Shown here: positions 1 through 8,967 of the stretch, piece by piece
Numbering within the stretch: position 1 is the stretch's first letter
Layout of the letters: every line of letters begins with the position of its first letter
From: an uncultured bacterium
Lineage (GTDB): Bacteria; Patescibacteriota; Minisyncoccia; Phycocordibacterales; UBA2100
DNA length: 64,000 nucleotides
Reading direction: 5' to 3'
Assembly (NCBI GenBank): GCA_903858755.1
Contig: CAIOKC010000029.1
Location: 1,059 to 65,058, forward strand
Translations under genes and position numbers: made by a program
The notes under the pieces: generated by a model
Told to the model about the DNA's origin: nothing
Seen by the model: only the letters and a program-made list of their open reading frames with translations
The model's database searches: none

Positions 1-56
1 TCCGCAAGGCAATCGCGACCAGCAGTGCGTATGGAAACGCACGACTACTGTAATAG

Positions 57-150
57 CATTACACAACATCAAAGCAGTTTCTGAGGTGTCTGACACCTCG
101 TATCATTACACAACATCGAAGCAATTCCTGAGGTGTCTGACACCTCGTAT
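57..150. repeat. Two tandem 47-bp units, each containing the palindrome GAGGTGTC-T-GACACCTC (REP-like)
   Basis: Units 57-103 and 104-150 differ at about 3 positions; palindromes at 83-99 and 130-146. Confidence 0.9.
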
Positions 151-181
151 TCACCTCGTATTGCACCTGGGAGATGGGGCG

Positions 182-628
182 CTATACGCGGAGTGTGTAG
201 TGGAGGTTGTAGCTTTTTGCTTGGAAGAATTCTTTCGTAAACTCAGCGACTTCGTACGGATTGTAGTACTTGCACGAAAAGACGTCGAGGTAGACGGCAT
301 TCGTGAGATTGGCGTAATGACCGGAGATGAGGGAAGTCTCGATGAGCTGCGTCATCGAGTAGCCCGCGACCCGCTCATCTTCGCCGAAATTGACCACGAC
401 CGTCTCCCCGAAGCGCTTCATGCCGATCCGCTCGCAAAGCTCGTGCACGTGCTGCTTGATTTTCTCCGCGTCGCGGATGAAATCCGGGTTGCAGTCGTGA
501 AGATCAATAGAGGCAAGAAGCCCCCACGCGTTCTCGCGCTCATAATCAGCGCGGATCGCGCTGTCGTCTCTCGATGTTGCTGCGAGGGCGTCAATGTGAG
601 GACCGACTCGCACCGCTGTTGTGTCCAT
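182..628 (-). CDS. speD: S-adenosylmethionine decarboxylase proenzyme
   Basis: WGLLASIDLHDC, GYSMTQLIETSLISGH and YLDVFSCK motifs; start reassigned to ATG 628. Confidence 0.85.
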   Translation of the reverse strand: MDTTAVRVGPHIDALAATSRDDSAIRADYERENAWGLLASIDLHDCNPDFIRDAEKIKQHVHELCERIGMKRFGETVVVNFGEDERVAGYSMTQLIETSLISGHYANLTNAVYLDVFSCKYYNPYEVAEFTKEFFQAKSYNLHYTLRV

Positions 629-792
629 TTCTGATGTACATGTGATTAATTTCTGACAATTTTTGAATAATACATGTCTCAGCAGGAATGTATACCCTTT
701 TCGCGACACCTGTGCATAACCTCTTCCTGGCAGCGTACTGCCTCTGCCAGCATATGGCATGCGGGCTCTATTTTTGCTACCATCGCCTCTAC

Positions 793-864
793 GCGCGTGT
801 AGTTCAGTGGTAGAACGCTGTCCTGATAAGACAGAGGTCGTAGGTCCGATTCCTACCACGCGCA
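793..864 (+). tRNA. tRNA-Ile(GAT)
   Basis: Acceptor GCGCGTG/CACGCGC, anticodon arm CTGTC-CTGATAA-GACAG, T-arm GTAGG-TCCGATT-CCTAC; CCA not encoded. Confidence 0.93.
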
Positions 865-884
865 CAAACACGTATAATGCCCTG

Positions 885-2189
885 ATGAATTACAGGGTGG
901 TCGGGGGAACAGCACTTGCAGGCTCGGTGCGGACCAATATCTCGAAAAACGCTGCCGTGGCGCTTCTTGCCGCGTCGCTTCTCAACCGTGGTACGACGAC
1001 CTTGAAGAAAATGCCGCGCATCGAGGAGGTGAAGCGCCTCCTAGAAGTCATGACATCGATCGGCGTCGCAATTGAGTGGAATGAAGATGACGACATCACC
1101 GTGAAGCCGCCTGCTCGATTTGACCTTACAAACATCAACAAAGAATCCGCCGGTAAGACGCGCTCGATTGCGCTTTTCATCGCGCCGCTGGCGCATGCAC
1201 TCGGATCGTTCGATCTGCCCGCCCCGACGGGCTGCGATCTCGGGAAGCGATCGCTCGGACCGCACATCGATGCGCTGCGCAGAGTCGGCGTCGAGGTGAC
1301 CGGCGACGAGGAGACACACACGTATCATGTCGAGGCGCACGATCTGTACCCGGCGGAGGTCATCATGTACGAAGCAAGTAATACCGGCACCGAGAATATC
1401 CTCATGACAGCAGCGCGAATCGAAGGCACGACGACGATAAAATTCGCCAGTGCCGACTACATGGTGCAAGACCTCTGTTTTTTTCTCGAAGAGTGCGGCG
1501 TCAAAATCGATGGCATCGGCACGTCGACGCTCGTCGTGCATGGCAAGAAAGATATCGCACTTGACGTGGTCGGTCATCCGAGCGAGGATCCGATCGAAAG
1601 CATGTTTTTCTTTTCGGTCGCCGCGACGACGGGTTCCCAACTCAGTGTAGAGCGGTGCCCGATCGATATGCTCGAGCTCGAACTTCTCACGCTCGAGAGC
1701 ATGGGTCTCACATATTCACGAGGGCGCAAATATCTCGCGGAAAACGGACGGACCAATCTCGCCGATGTCGTCCTCGAATCTTCGCACTTCATCGCACCGC
1801 CCGAAAAGATCTCGGAGCGACCGTTTCCAGGGATCAACGCCGACAATTTACCTTTTTTCGTCCCCGTGGCCACACAGGCGGAAGGGAAGACACTTGTCCA
1901 TGATTGGATGTATGACGGACGAGCGCATTGGTTTACCGAAATCAACAAGCTCGGCGCCAAAACAACGCTTCTTGATCCGCACCGGGTCGAGATAGAAGGA
2001 CCCACCACGTTGCATGGAGCGGTGATCGATGCGCCGCCCGCGCTTCGCCCTGCGACGATGCTCCTCATCGGCATGCTTGCCGCTGAAGGCGAATCAGTGC
2101 TCCGCAATGTCTATCCGGTCAATCGCGGCTATGCCAATCTAGCGGAACGACTCGCCAAGCTTGGCGCCTCGATAGAGGAAGTGGAATAA
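885..2189 (+). CDS. murA: UDP-N-acetylglucosamine 1-carboxyvinyltransferase
   Basis: SKNAAVALLAASLL, catalytic loop PTGCDLGKR, ALRPA, VNRGY; TATAAT at 873-878 lies 6 nt before the ATG. Confidence 0.95.
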   Translation: MNYRVVGGTALAGSVRTNISKNAAVALLAASLLNRGTTTLKKMPRIEEVKRLLEVMTSIGVAIEWNEDDDITVKPPARFDLTNINKESAGKTRSIALFIAPLAHALGSFDLPAPTGCDLGKRSLGPHIDALRRVGVEVTGDEETHTYHVEAHDLYPAEVIMYEASNTGTENILMTAARIEGTTTIKFASADYMVQDLCFFLEECGVKIDGIGTSTLVVHGKKDIALDVVGHPSEDPIESMFFFSVAATTGSQLSVERCPIDMLELELLTLESMGLTYSRGRKYLAENGRTNLADVVLESSHFIAPPEKISERPFPGINADNLPFFVPVATQAEGKTLVHDWMYDGRAHWFTEINKLGAKTTLLDPHRVEIEGPTTLHGAVIDAPPALRPATMLLIGMLAAEGESVLRNVYPVNRGYANLAERLAKLGASIEEVE

Positions 2190-2219
2190 AGTCTGCGGGG
2201 ACTATAGAATGCGCGCACA

Positions 2220-2301
2220 GGGTGCGTGGCGGAATTGGTATACGCGTACGATTCAGAATCGTATCCCGCAAGGGTTGGGAGTTCGAGTCTCCCCGCACCC
2301 A
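2220..2301 (+). tRNA. tRNA-Leu(CAG)
   Basis: Acceptor GGGTGCG/CGCACCC, anticodon arm TACGA-TTCAGAA-TCGTA, long variable arm, GTTCGAGT T-loop. Confidence 0.95.
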
Positions 2302-2302
2302 C

Positions 2303-3100
2303 ATGCCATCTTTGGCAACATTGAGAGCGTGGGCTTGGGAGTTTTTTGTATTTGGTATCAAACAAGCGCGGGCGTGTATATTCGCCGGTTCTTTCTTCTT
2401 CCTCCTTTTCATCTCGAAACACTTGCCGCTTGGGGACCTCCCTCGATACGATTTTCTCTTCGTCGCAGCCGTCTTGCTCCAAGTCGTTCTCTACCTCACG
2501 AAAGTCGAGACGTGGGACGAAGTGAAGACGATATTTCTTTTTCACATACTCGGTTTCGCTCTCGAATCTTTCAAGACCCATCCTTCGGTGGGCTCGTGGA
2601 GCTATCCTGAGCCGGGATTTTTCACTATCGGGACAGTGCCGCTCTTCGCTGGATTCATGTATGCGGCTGTCGGGAGCTATCTCGCGCAATCGTGGCGCGT
2701 CATGAAAAACGAATTCGAAGAGTTCCCGCCGTATTCGTGGACGCTCGTGCTTTGTGTCGCGATATATGCCAATTTCTTTGCCAATCATTTCGTTCCAGAT
2801 CTCCGCCTGGTACTCATCCCTGCCGTGTTCTTGCTGTTTGCACGAACGACCGTGTATTTTACCGTCATACAAGAGCGGCGCTCGATGCCGCTCCCTCTCG
2901 CGTTTTGTCTCATCGCATTCTTTATATGGGTGGCGGAGAATATTTCCACATTTTACGGCGCATGGCAGTATCCGGATCAAGTGCATGTCTGGAATGTCGT
3001 GTCGACGGGCAAGATCACTTCGTGGTTTCTCCTCGTCATCATCAGCTTCATCATTGTCGCGTATTTGAAGCACTATAAAAGCTCTCATCCGCAGCAGTAG
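2303..3100 (+). CDS. DUF817 (YoaT-like) membrane protein
   Basis: EFFVFGIKQARACIF, LPRYDFL, ETWDE, GSWSYP, VPLFAGFMYAAVGSY, FIWVAENI. Confidence 0.85.
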   Translation: MPSLATLRAWAWEFFVFGIKQARACIFAGSFFFLLFISKHLPLGDLPRYDFLFVAAVLLQVVLYLTKVETWDEVKTIFLFHILGFALESFKTHPSVGSWSYPEPGFFTIGTVPLFAGFMYAAVGSYLAQSWRVMKNEFEEFPPYSWTLVLCVAIYANFFANHFVPDLRLVLIPAVFLLFARTTVYFTVIQERRSMPLPLAFCLIAFFIWVAENISTFYGAWQYPDQVHVWNVVSTGKITSWFLLVIISFIIVAYLKHYKSSHPQQ

Positions 3101-3137
3101 TGCCTCTCCGCCTTGCCGTGCTATCCTCTCCCGACGT

Positions 3138-3848
3138 ATGCGCGTGCGCCCGATCAAGACACGAATCTTTACAGAGGGGGAGGATCTCTTTGCTTTCATC
3201 CGCGCGCATGTCCCAAACATCCAAGACGGCTCGATAGTGGTGATTACGTCGAAGATAGTCGCGCTCGCTGAGGGGCGCACGGCGGTGGTGCGAGACAAAA
3301 AGACAAAGGAGCTTCTGATTCGCTCTGAATCCGAGCTTGCTATACCGACCAAGTGGGTCTGGCTTACGATACGAGACGGATTCGTGATGCCGAATGCGGG
3401 CATCGACGAATCAAATGCGGATGGGAAATACATTCTGCTTCCGAAAGATTCTTTCGCGACCGCCCAAGCGATACGCTCGAGGATTCTGCGGCAGTACAAA
3501 ATCAAGAATGCGGGAGTGCTCATTACCGACAGCCGGACGATGCCGCTGCGCGCCGGCGTGAGCGCAGTCGCACTCGGGTACGCGGGGTTCAAGGGAATCC
3601 GGGATTATCGCGGCAAGCCAGACCTTTTCGGGAAGAAATTCGTCTACTCCCGCACCAATGTCGCCGATGCCCTTGCTGCGGCAGCGATCGTCGAGATGGG
3701 GGAGGGCAGCGAGCAGCAGCCGCTCGCGCTCATTACGAATGCGCCTGTCGAGTTTGCCACTCGAGTCAAGAGAGGAGAGACCGCGATTGATCTGGAGGAT
3801 GATATGTACCGACCCCTCTTTAGAGCAGCTCCGCGAAGAAAGAAATAA
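3138..3848 (+). CDS. CofE-family (F420-0:gamma-glutamyl ligase-like) protein, possibly a folate gamma-glutamate ligase
   Basis: ITSKIVALAEG, PNAGIDESN, ITDSRTMPLRAG, DYRGKPDLFG, MGEGSEQQP. Confidence 0.85.
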   Translation: MRVRPIKTRIFTEGEDLFAFIRAHVPNIQDGSIVVITSKIVALAEGRTAVVRDKKTKELLIRSESELAIPTKWVWLTIRDGFVMPNAGIDESNADGKYILLPKDSFATAQAIRSRILRQYKIKNAGVLITDSRTMPLRAGVSAVALGYAGFKGIRDYRGKPDLFGKKFVYSRTNVADALAAAAIVEMGEGSEQQPLALITNAPVEFATRVKRGETAIDLEDDMYRPLFRAAPRRKK

Positions 3849-5610
3849 CTGTTTTCCAAAGAGAGTGTAAAAATCCGCTGTTTCCGTTTGAGGTCGGTGT
3901 CGTGCTCGTGCTCTGTGCAGGGGTCGTCTGGACAGGCGCTACGGTCGCGCTTTTGGCGCCGTTCTTTCTCGCTACGACCGCTGCTTGGATGGTCGAGGTT
4001 GCTGTAGTGGTGGCGGCTTGGTTCTCGGTGGGCGCCACTGCTTCGAGAATCTCGGGAGTTGAGCTCGCGGTAGGCGGCGTCGATGTCGCGATAAGGATAG
4101 TAGACGTCGCGGCTTGCGTCGATGTGGATGCCCCGAGCACAAGACCGCTTCCGGCGCTGCCACCCGCAGGCTTTGGAAATGATTGGAGGAGAGAGAGCCA
4201 GTGCCTTCCGAGAGAGGCAGGTATCGCGTACTCGGTCGCCCATGTGCGATTTTGTGCACTTGCGGATACGAGTTCGAGCCCGCCGTCTGACTGCTGGAGT
4301 GATGCGAGGTAGTCGTTGGCAGTGAGACCGTTGGGTGCCCACATATCCGCCGATTCGCCGAATGCAGCGATCGCTTGCAGCGCCCAGCTTGTCGAGAAGC
4401 TGTTGCCCCATCCGCCGTTTGATTGCTGCTCGGCTTTCAGGTATTGCTTCGCTTTCGCCAGTGTCTCTGGTACTCCGCTCACACTCTGTACTTGGGAGAG
4501 CGCTTGCACTCCTGCCGCGGTGATATCGACGCTCGAATCCCACGAGCCGTCCGCCGCTTGTCGGGAAATAATAAACGCAACCGTCTTTTGTATGATATCG
4601 TCGCTCGCGCTGTAGCCCGAGCGCAGAAGCGGAAAAAGCGCGAAGATGTCGTCGTTGTCGAGAGCAGCGTCTCCGATTTGTACGCCGTCGAACGCCGATG
4701 TAATCGGAGCGATGTAATCCACCGGTGTCCCCACGTATGGGTCGATACCGAGCGCGAGGAGCGCCATTGCATGCCGCTGGTAGTCGGTGACGCTGGAGAG
4801 CGCGGGCGCTGCGGTGAGAAGATATGCGCGCAGGTTGGTTTTTGCGCCGCCGGGGTCTGCAGCGGCGAAGGCGAGCGCTGCCCAGTCGGTAAGAAGCGGA
4901 GATTCGAAAGAGCCGTCGGGGCGCTGTACGTTCGCGAGGAACGCGAGCGCAGATTGTACGCTGAGCTGCGAATGAGAGAATCCTCCTCCCCCGCCGGCAG
5001 AAGGAGCAGGCGCTTGCTCTTCGATCTCTTCCGGCTCCTCGGGTGTTTCGAGGAGTCCGACAATGCGCAGCTTCACTGTGGCGCCCTCCTCGCCGTTTAC
5101 AAAGTTCGTGAGCACAAACGAAAGCTCATCGCCTGTCGTGATCGGTATGCATCCGACACCGCAATCGGTGTAGCCGCCATTGAGGTAGACCGCCCAGTAT
5201 GTGTGTTCTTCGAGGAGGTCGTTTATCGTGTTGAGGTACAGGCCGAAGCTCGGATCGTTGATGAATGCAAGATTCTCGATGATGCCCTGATCTTTTGCCT
5301 CTTGGAGGGCGCAGATCGCAAGGTACTTGCTCGCAGAATCTTCTTCCGGGAATGCGTGAGCGATTCCATCGGTGTCGACAACCTCGCAGCTATAGGGGAG
5401 CGTGATCGCAGCGTCGATCGAAAGAGGAGACTCTGCTTCTAGCTCTTCCGTTTCGGATAACGTGCTTGTCGCAAGTGTCTGATCCGTCGGGGCGGTGATC
5501 ACCGGCGGTGTCGTATCGGGTGCGGCTATTTCCTCTTCTGCATAGAGAGGCTGAGTAGAAAGTACGACCGCGAGAGCCGAGGCGAACAGAAGCGCGTGCA
5601 ATTTTTTCAT
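3820..5610 (-). CDS. Secreted DUF4430 (transcobalamin beta-domain-like) plus prenyltransferase/squalene-oxidase repeat protein
   Basis: Signal peptide; FGLYLNTIN..YWAVYLNG..GV...GDELSF; QRPDGSF, QAADGSW, QQSNGGWG, QQSDGG repeats; Ser/Thr-rich tail. Confidence 0.8.
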   Translation of the reverse strand: MKKLHALLFASALAVVLSTQPLYAEEEIAAPDTTPPVITAPTDQTLATSTLSETEELEAESPLSIDAAITLPYSCEVVDTDGIAHAFPEEDSASKYLAICALQEAKDQGIIENLAFINDPSFGLYLNTINDLLEEHTYWAVYLNGGYTDCGVGCIPITTGDELSFVLTNFVNGEEGATVKLRIVGLLETPEEPEEIEEQAPAPSAGGGGGFSHSQLSVQSALAFLANVQRPDGSFESPLLTDWAALAFAAADPGGAKTNLRAYLLTAAPALSSVTDYQRHAMALLALGIDPYVGTPVDYIAPITSAFDGVQIGDAALDNDDIFALFPLLRSGYSASDDIIQKTVAFIISRQAADGSWDSSVDITAAGVQALSQVQSVSGVPETLAKAKQYLKAEQQSNGGWGNSFSTSWALQAIAAFGESADMWAPNGLTANDYLASLQQSDGGLELVSASAQNRTWATEYAIPASLGRHWLSLLQSFPKPAGGSAGSGLVLGASTSTQAATSTILIATSTPPTASSTPEILEAVAPTENQAATTTATSTIQAAVVARKNGAKSATVAPVQTTPAQSTSTTPTSNGNSGFLHSLWKTVISFFAELL

Positions 5611-5633
5611 ACAAGTGAATAGGGTAGTACTGA

Positions 5634-6140
5634 TTAATACTTCTTCTCGTATCTCCACTCGATGGCGTCGCCATCTTCGAGTGTCGTTTGGGAAGCGCCC
5701 GTGTCCGAAGATCTGCCGTTGATGTAGAGAAACCAGTAGAAACCACCACCGTATTTCTTGCCGTTGATAGATTCGACGAAGTACCCGAGCGATGGGTACT
5801 CGCGCCCCTCAAAGGCAAGCTTTCCTGATGCCGCGAGCTTTCGCATGGCGTCGAGCACGGTCGATCCGCTTGGGACGCTTGCGACCGAGCTGATCCCGTC
5901 GATCGAAAGGGCAATGCGGATTGTCGCCCCGGAACCCTCAGGCGCATTCACTACTTGCTGGGGCAGCTGCGCTACTGAAGAGGGTTTGATGTCAACCGGT
6001 TCTTGCGCGTGATCGGTCGTCGACGCAGAAGAGGTTTGCAGCTCTCGTACTGGAGGAGCGCTCTCCCAACCGTGAGGCACGACGAAAATCGCCATCGCGA
6101 GGATCATGATGAAACCGAGAATGATTGAGGATTTTTTCAT
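5634..6140 (-). CDS. Membrane-anchored DUF4430 domain protein
   Basis: N-terminal TM; GSTVLDAM, LGYFVESING, YWFLYING...GAS..TLEDGDAIEWRY. Confidence 0.88.
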   Translation of the reverse strand: MKKSSIILGFIMILAMAIFVVPHGWESAPPVRELQTSSASTTDHAQEPVDIKPSSVAQLPQQVVNAPEGSGATIRIALSIDGISSVASVPSGSTVLDAMRKLAASGKLAFEGREYPSLGYFVESINGKKYGGGFYWFLYINGRSSDTGASQTTLEDGDAIEWRYEKKY

Positions 6141-6150
6141 ACGCACAACG

Positions 6151-6180
6151 CAAAAATCTCTGCCCGACGCAGAGATTTGT
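6151..6180 (-). terminator. Intrinsic terminator, probable riboswitch expression platform
   Basis: Stem AAATCTCTGC/GCAGAGATTT followed by a T-run on the minus strand, just before ATG 6140. Confidence 0.7.
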
Positions 6181-6235
6181 ATTCAGCACTGTATGGATTC
6201 AGCGCACACCCTGCTCGGGATAGACAGCTGAAAGA

Positions 6236-6395
6236 AGATCGGACTCTTCGACTCGCTTCGCTCGCTCAGAGCAAGCTCACTCATCGGAATTACCGTTGCG
6301 GCACAGTGGAGGGATTACACCTCACTTCCAACCCGCTTTTTTCTAGCTTGCGGGTTCCCTCGACTCGGAAGTCGCTCGGGACATTCAACCGTGGA
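6236..6395 (-). ncRNA. Cobalamin (B12) riboswitch
   Basis: Minus strand reads GGAAGTGAGGTGTAATCCCTCCACTGTGCCGCAACGGTAA (6329-6290) ... GAGTCCGAT (6246-6238), matching the cobalamin riboswitch core; upstream of DUF4430 genes; 5' boundary approximate. Confidence 0.82.
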
Positions 6396-6484
6396 TGGTG
6401 ATTGTATTCTTCTCATGCCGCTATGCAATGGGGATAACAAATTACAAAATAGTGGGCAAAAAGCACAAGTGCTATAGTGGCTCT

Positions 6485-7816
6485 ATGCAAGGCTCATGCG
6501 CCCCATTTGAGGGCAAGAACATCACGCTCATGGGGCTCGGGCTTTTGGGGCGCGGCGTGGGCGATGCCGAATTCCTCGCCGGATGCGGCGCGCGCGTGCT
6601 CATCACAGACAAAAAGACCGAAGGTGAGCTCGCGGATTCGGTCGCGCGTTTGCAAAAGTATCCAAACATCGAATTCCACCTTGGCGGACATCGCATTCAA
6701 GATTTTACTTCTTGCGACATGGTACTAAAGGCGGCAGGGGTACCGCTCGATTCGCCGGAGATCACCGCGGCGAAAGCAGCGGGCGTGCCTGTCTGTATGT
6801 CGACGGCGCTGTTCGCTGAGTACGCGCGCGAAGCGGGCGCGACGATAGTCGGCATTACGGGTACGCGAGGGAAATCCACCGTCGCGCACATGATTCATCA
6901 CGCGCTTTGCGCGGCAGGCAAGCGCTCTCACCTCGGCGGCAACATCCGCGGTCTCTCGACGCTCGCGATGCTGCCCGAAATACGCAAGGGCGATATATGC
7001 GTGCTCGAACTTGATTCGTGGCAGCTCCAAGGATTCGGCGATCTGCAGATCAGTCCGCACGTCGCTGTCGTTACGAATCTGATGCCGGATCACATGAATT
7101 ACTACCACGGAGACATGCATCGGTATTTTTCCGACAAAGCGAATATCTTCAAGAATCAGAAAGATGGCGACACGCTTATCGTTTGTGATTGTGTGCTCGA
7201 CAAGGTGGCAAAAGCGCACCCGCCTATCGCGCCGAAGACGCCCCCGGCTCTGCCGGAAGAGTGGCAGCTGAAGATCATCGGCGAACACAACGTCAAGAAT
7301 GCGCGGCTTGCCGCGGCGGCTTTGCGTGCGCTCCTGCTCGCGGAGCAGAAGATCCGAAGCGGCATTGAATCATTCGAGCCGGTCGAGGGTCGCCTTCAGT
7401 TGGTCCGCGAAGTGGGTGGTATAAAAATCTACAACGACAACAACGCCACGACGCCGGAGGCTACTATCGCGGCGCTCCGCGCGCTCGATGACGGAAAGAA
7501 AAACACCATCCTCATCATGGGCGGTGCAGACAAGGGGCTTGATATGAGCGAGCTCGTCAAAGAGGCGCAAAGGAGATGCAAGGGCATCGTGCTCCTCGCT
7601 GGCACTGGCACGGATCGCATCAACACCCAGCTCGGGAGTGATATGATATATCATATCACCGAGAACGCAGTGAGAGCTGCTTTTGAGCAAGCCGGGTCGG
7701 GAGATGTCGTGCTCTTTAGCCCCGCATTCGCCTCGTTCGGCATGTTTAAGAATGAATACGACCGCAACGACCGATTCATGGACGCGGTCGCCGCTCTACG
7801 TGTACGATCGCGCTGA
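6485..7816 (+). CDS. murD: UDP-N-acetylmuramoyl-L-alanine--D-glutamate ligase
   Basis: GLGLLGRG, GITGTRGKST, LELDSWQL, PDHMNYY, NDNNAT, GGADK, FSPAFASFGMF. Confidence 0.95.
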   Translation: MQGSCAPFEGKNITLMGLGLLGRGVGDAEFLAGCGARVLITDKKTEGELADSVARLQKYPNIEFHLGGHRIQDFTSCDMVLKAAGVPLDSPEITAAKAAGVPVCMSTALFAEYAREAGATIVGITGTRGKSTVAHMIHHALCAAGKRSHLGGNIRGLSTLAMLPEIRKGDICVLELDSWQLQGFGDLQISPHVAVVTNLMPDHMNYYHGDMHRYFSDKANIFKNQKDGDTLIVCDCVLDKVAKAHPPIAPKTPPALPEEWQLKIIGEHNVKNARLAAAALRALLLAEQKIRSGIESFEPVEGRLQLVREVGGIKIYNDNNATTPEATIAALRALDDGKKNTILIMGGADKGLDMSELVKEAQRRCKGIVLLAGTGTDRINTQLGSDMIYHITENAVRAAFEQAGSGDVVLFSPAFASFGMFKNEYDRNDRFMDAVAALRVRSR

Positions 7817-7926
7817 TTCGTCTGGCAACACGCTGCTGCTTCCCGTGCGTCGTCTTTGGTGGCGCGACGCGCGATCTTTTGCTACCTTGTCGGGAGAGAA
7901 ACTTCACTCACATAAGAGGGTACGAC

Positions 7927-8967
7927 ATGAGCACTCTTGGTTCTCTTCTGGCATTCGCCGGCGGGGCGTGCGCAGAGGCGTATGGATCCGTACGCGAAAG
8001 ACGGGCGCTTTCGCAGCGGCTCGACCGCGAGCTTCTGAAGCGCGGCGCGAATCCGCATGACACCTGTTTCGCGCCCGACCGGGTTATGTTTGACGGCAAG
8101 GTGCTGTGCTTCCGACCGAGAATGGTCGGTGCGGTTGCAGCGTACATCGCCGCAAGCGGGCGCTCGAGAAGCGACATAATCCGCAACGGCGGCATGGATG
8201 CATTCCGCATGTTGTGGTTCCTTGCCGCTGCGCAAGACGACCTCATCGACGCTGCGGACCAAGCGCCTGCCGCAGGATCGCTGGATTCTCGGTACTTGAT
8301 GAAAGTGATATTCGGCAAACACCGGACCTTTTATCGAGCGGCGTTTCGGGTCGTTTCGAGTGATATCAATCGGTTGCAAGCGTCGAGCGAGACAAAGACG
8401 TATCTCCGCAAGAAAGTTCGCTCGTGGTACCGTTTTTTGGTGAATCAAGAAGCGGAGATGTACGCATCGGGATTCGAGAAACTCTCGTTCTCGGTGTGCG
8501 CCAAGTATCGCGAGCAACAAAACTCAATGATCGGCGGGACGCTCGTTGCGTTGCTCAACGGTGCCGAATGCCTCGTCTCGGATTTGCGGCGGCTGGAAGA
8601 GTACCTTCCGATCGCATCGTTCCGGACGCAGATCATCGACGACGTCGCGGATATCGCCGAAGACCTGCGGATGCGGCGTCCGAGCTACTGCATGGGTGCG
8701 CTCAACGAGTATCCCGTGGAGATGGCACGCATGCGGCATGTTGTCGAAGTCCGAGCGATTGCGAAGGTGCGTCCGTGGCTATTCAAGCGGATCGCGCCGC
8801 GCAGCTATGCTCTTGTGCGGAAGCAGTATGCAGCGTACGGTGTGCGCCTCCGCGACGCGCCTCCGCACGGCGTCATTCTGGACTCGGTGGGGAATGTGCT
8901 TTTTCACGTCTTCCCGTCATTCCGCGACGTCATGTACAGGCTGAGTCCGCGGCTCGCGAATTTCTGA
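7927..8967 (+). CDS. Class I isoprenoid synthase/terpene-cyclase-fold protein
   Basis: Two Asp-rich motifs, AQDDLID and QIIDDVADIAEDL, in a helical protein. Confidence 0.6.
   Translation: MSTLGSLLAFAGGACAEAYGSVRERRALSQRLDRELLKRGANPHDTCFAPDRVMFDGKVLCFRPRMVGAVAAYIAASGRSRSDIIRNGGMDAFRMLWFLAAAQDDLIDAADQAPAAGSLDSRYLMKVIFGKHRTFYRAAFRVVSSDINRLQASSETKTYLRKKVRSWYRFLVNQEAEMYASGFEKLSFSVCAKYREQQNSMIGGTLVALLNGAECLVSDLRRLEEYLPIASFRTQIIDDVADIAEDLRMRRPSYCMGALNEYPVEMARMRHVVEVRAIAKVRPWLFKRIAPRSYALVRKQYAAYGVRLRDAPPHGVILDSVGNVLFHVFPSFRDVMYRLSPRLANF

Noticed and set aside
57-150. Possible CRISPR array
   Set aside because: Only two units, the intervening sequences are near-identical rather than unique spacers, and there are no cas genes in the window
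2129-3592. 487-aa minus-strand ORF
   Set aside because: Overlaps tRNA-Leu, the DUF817 gene and the CofE-like gene on the opposite strand; no recognisable motifs
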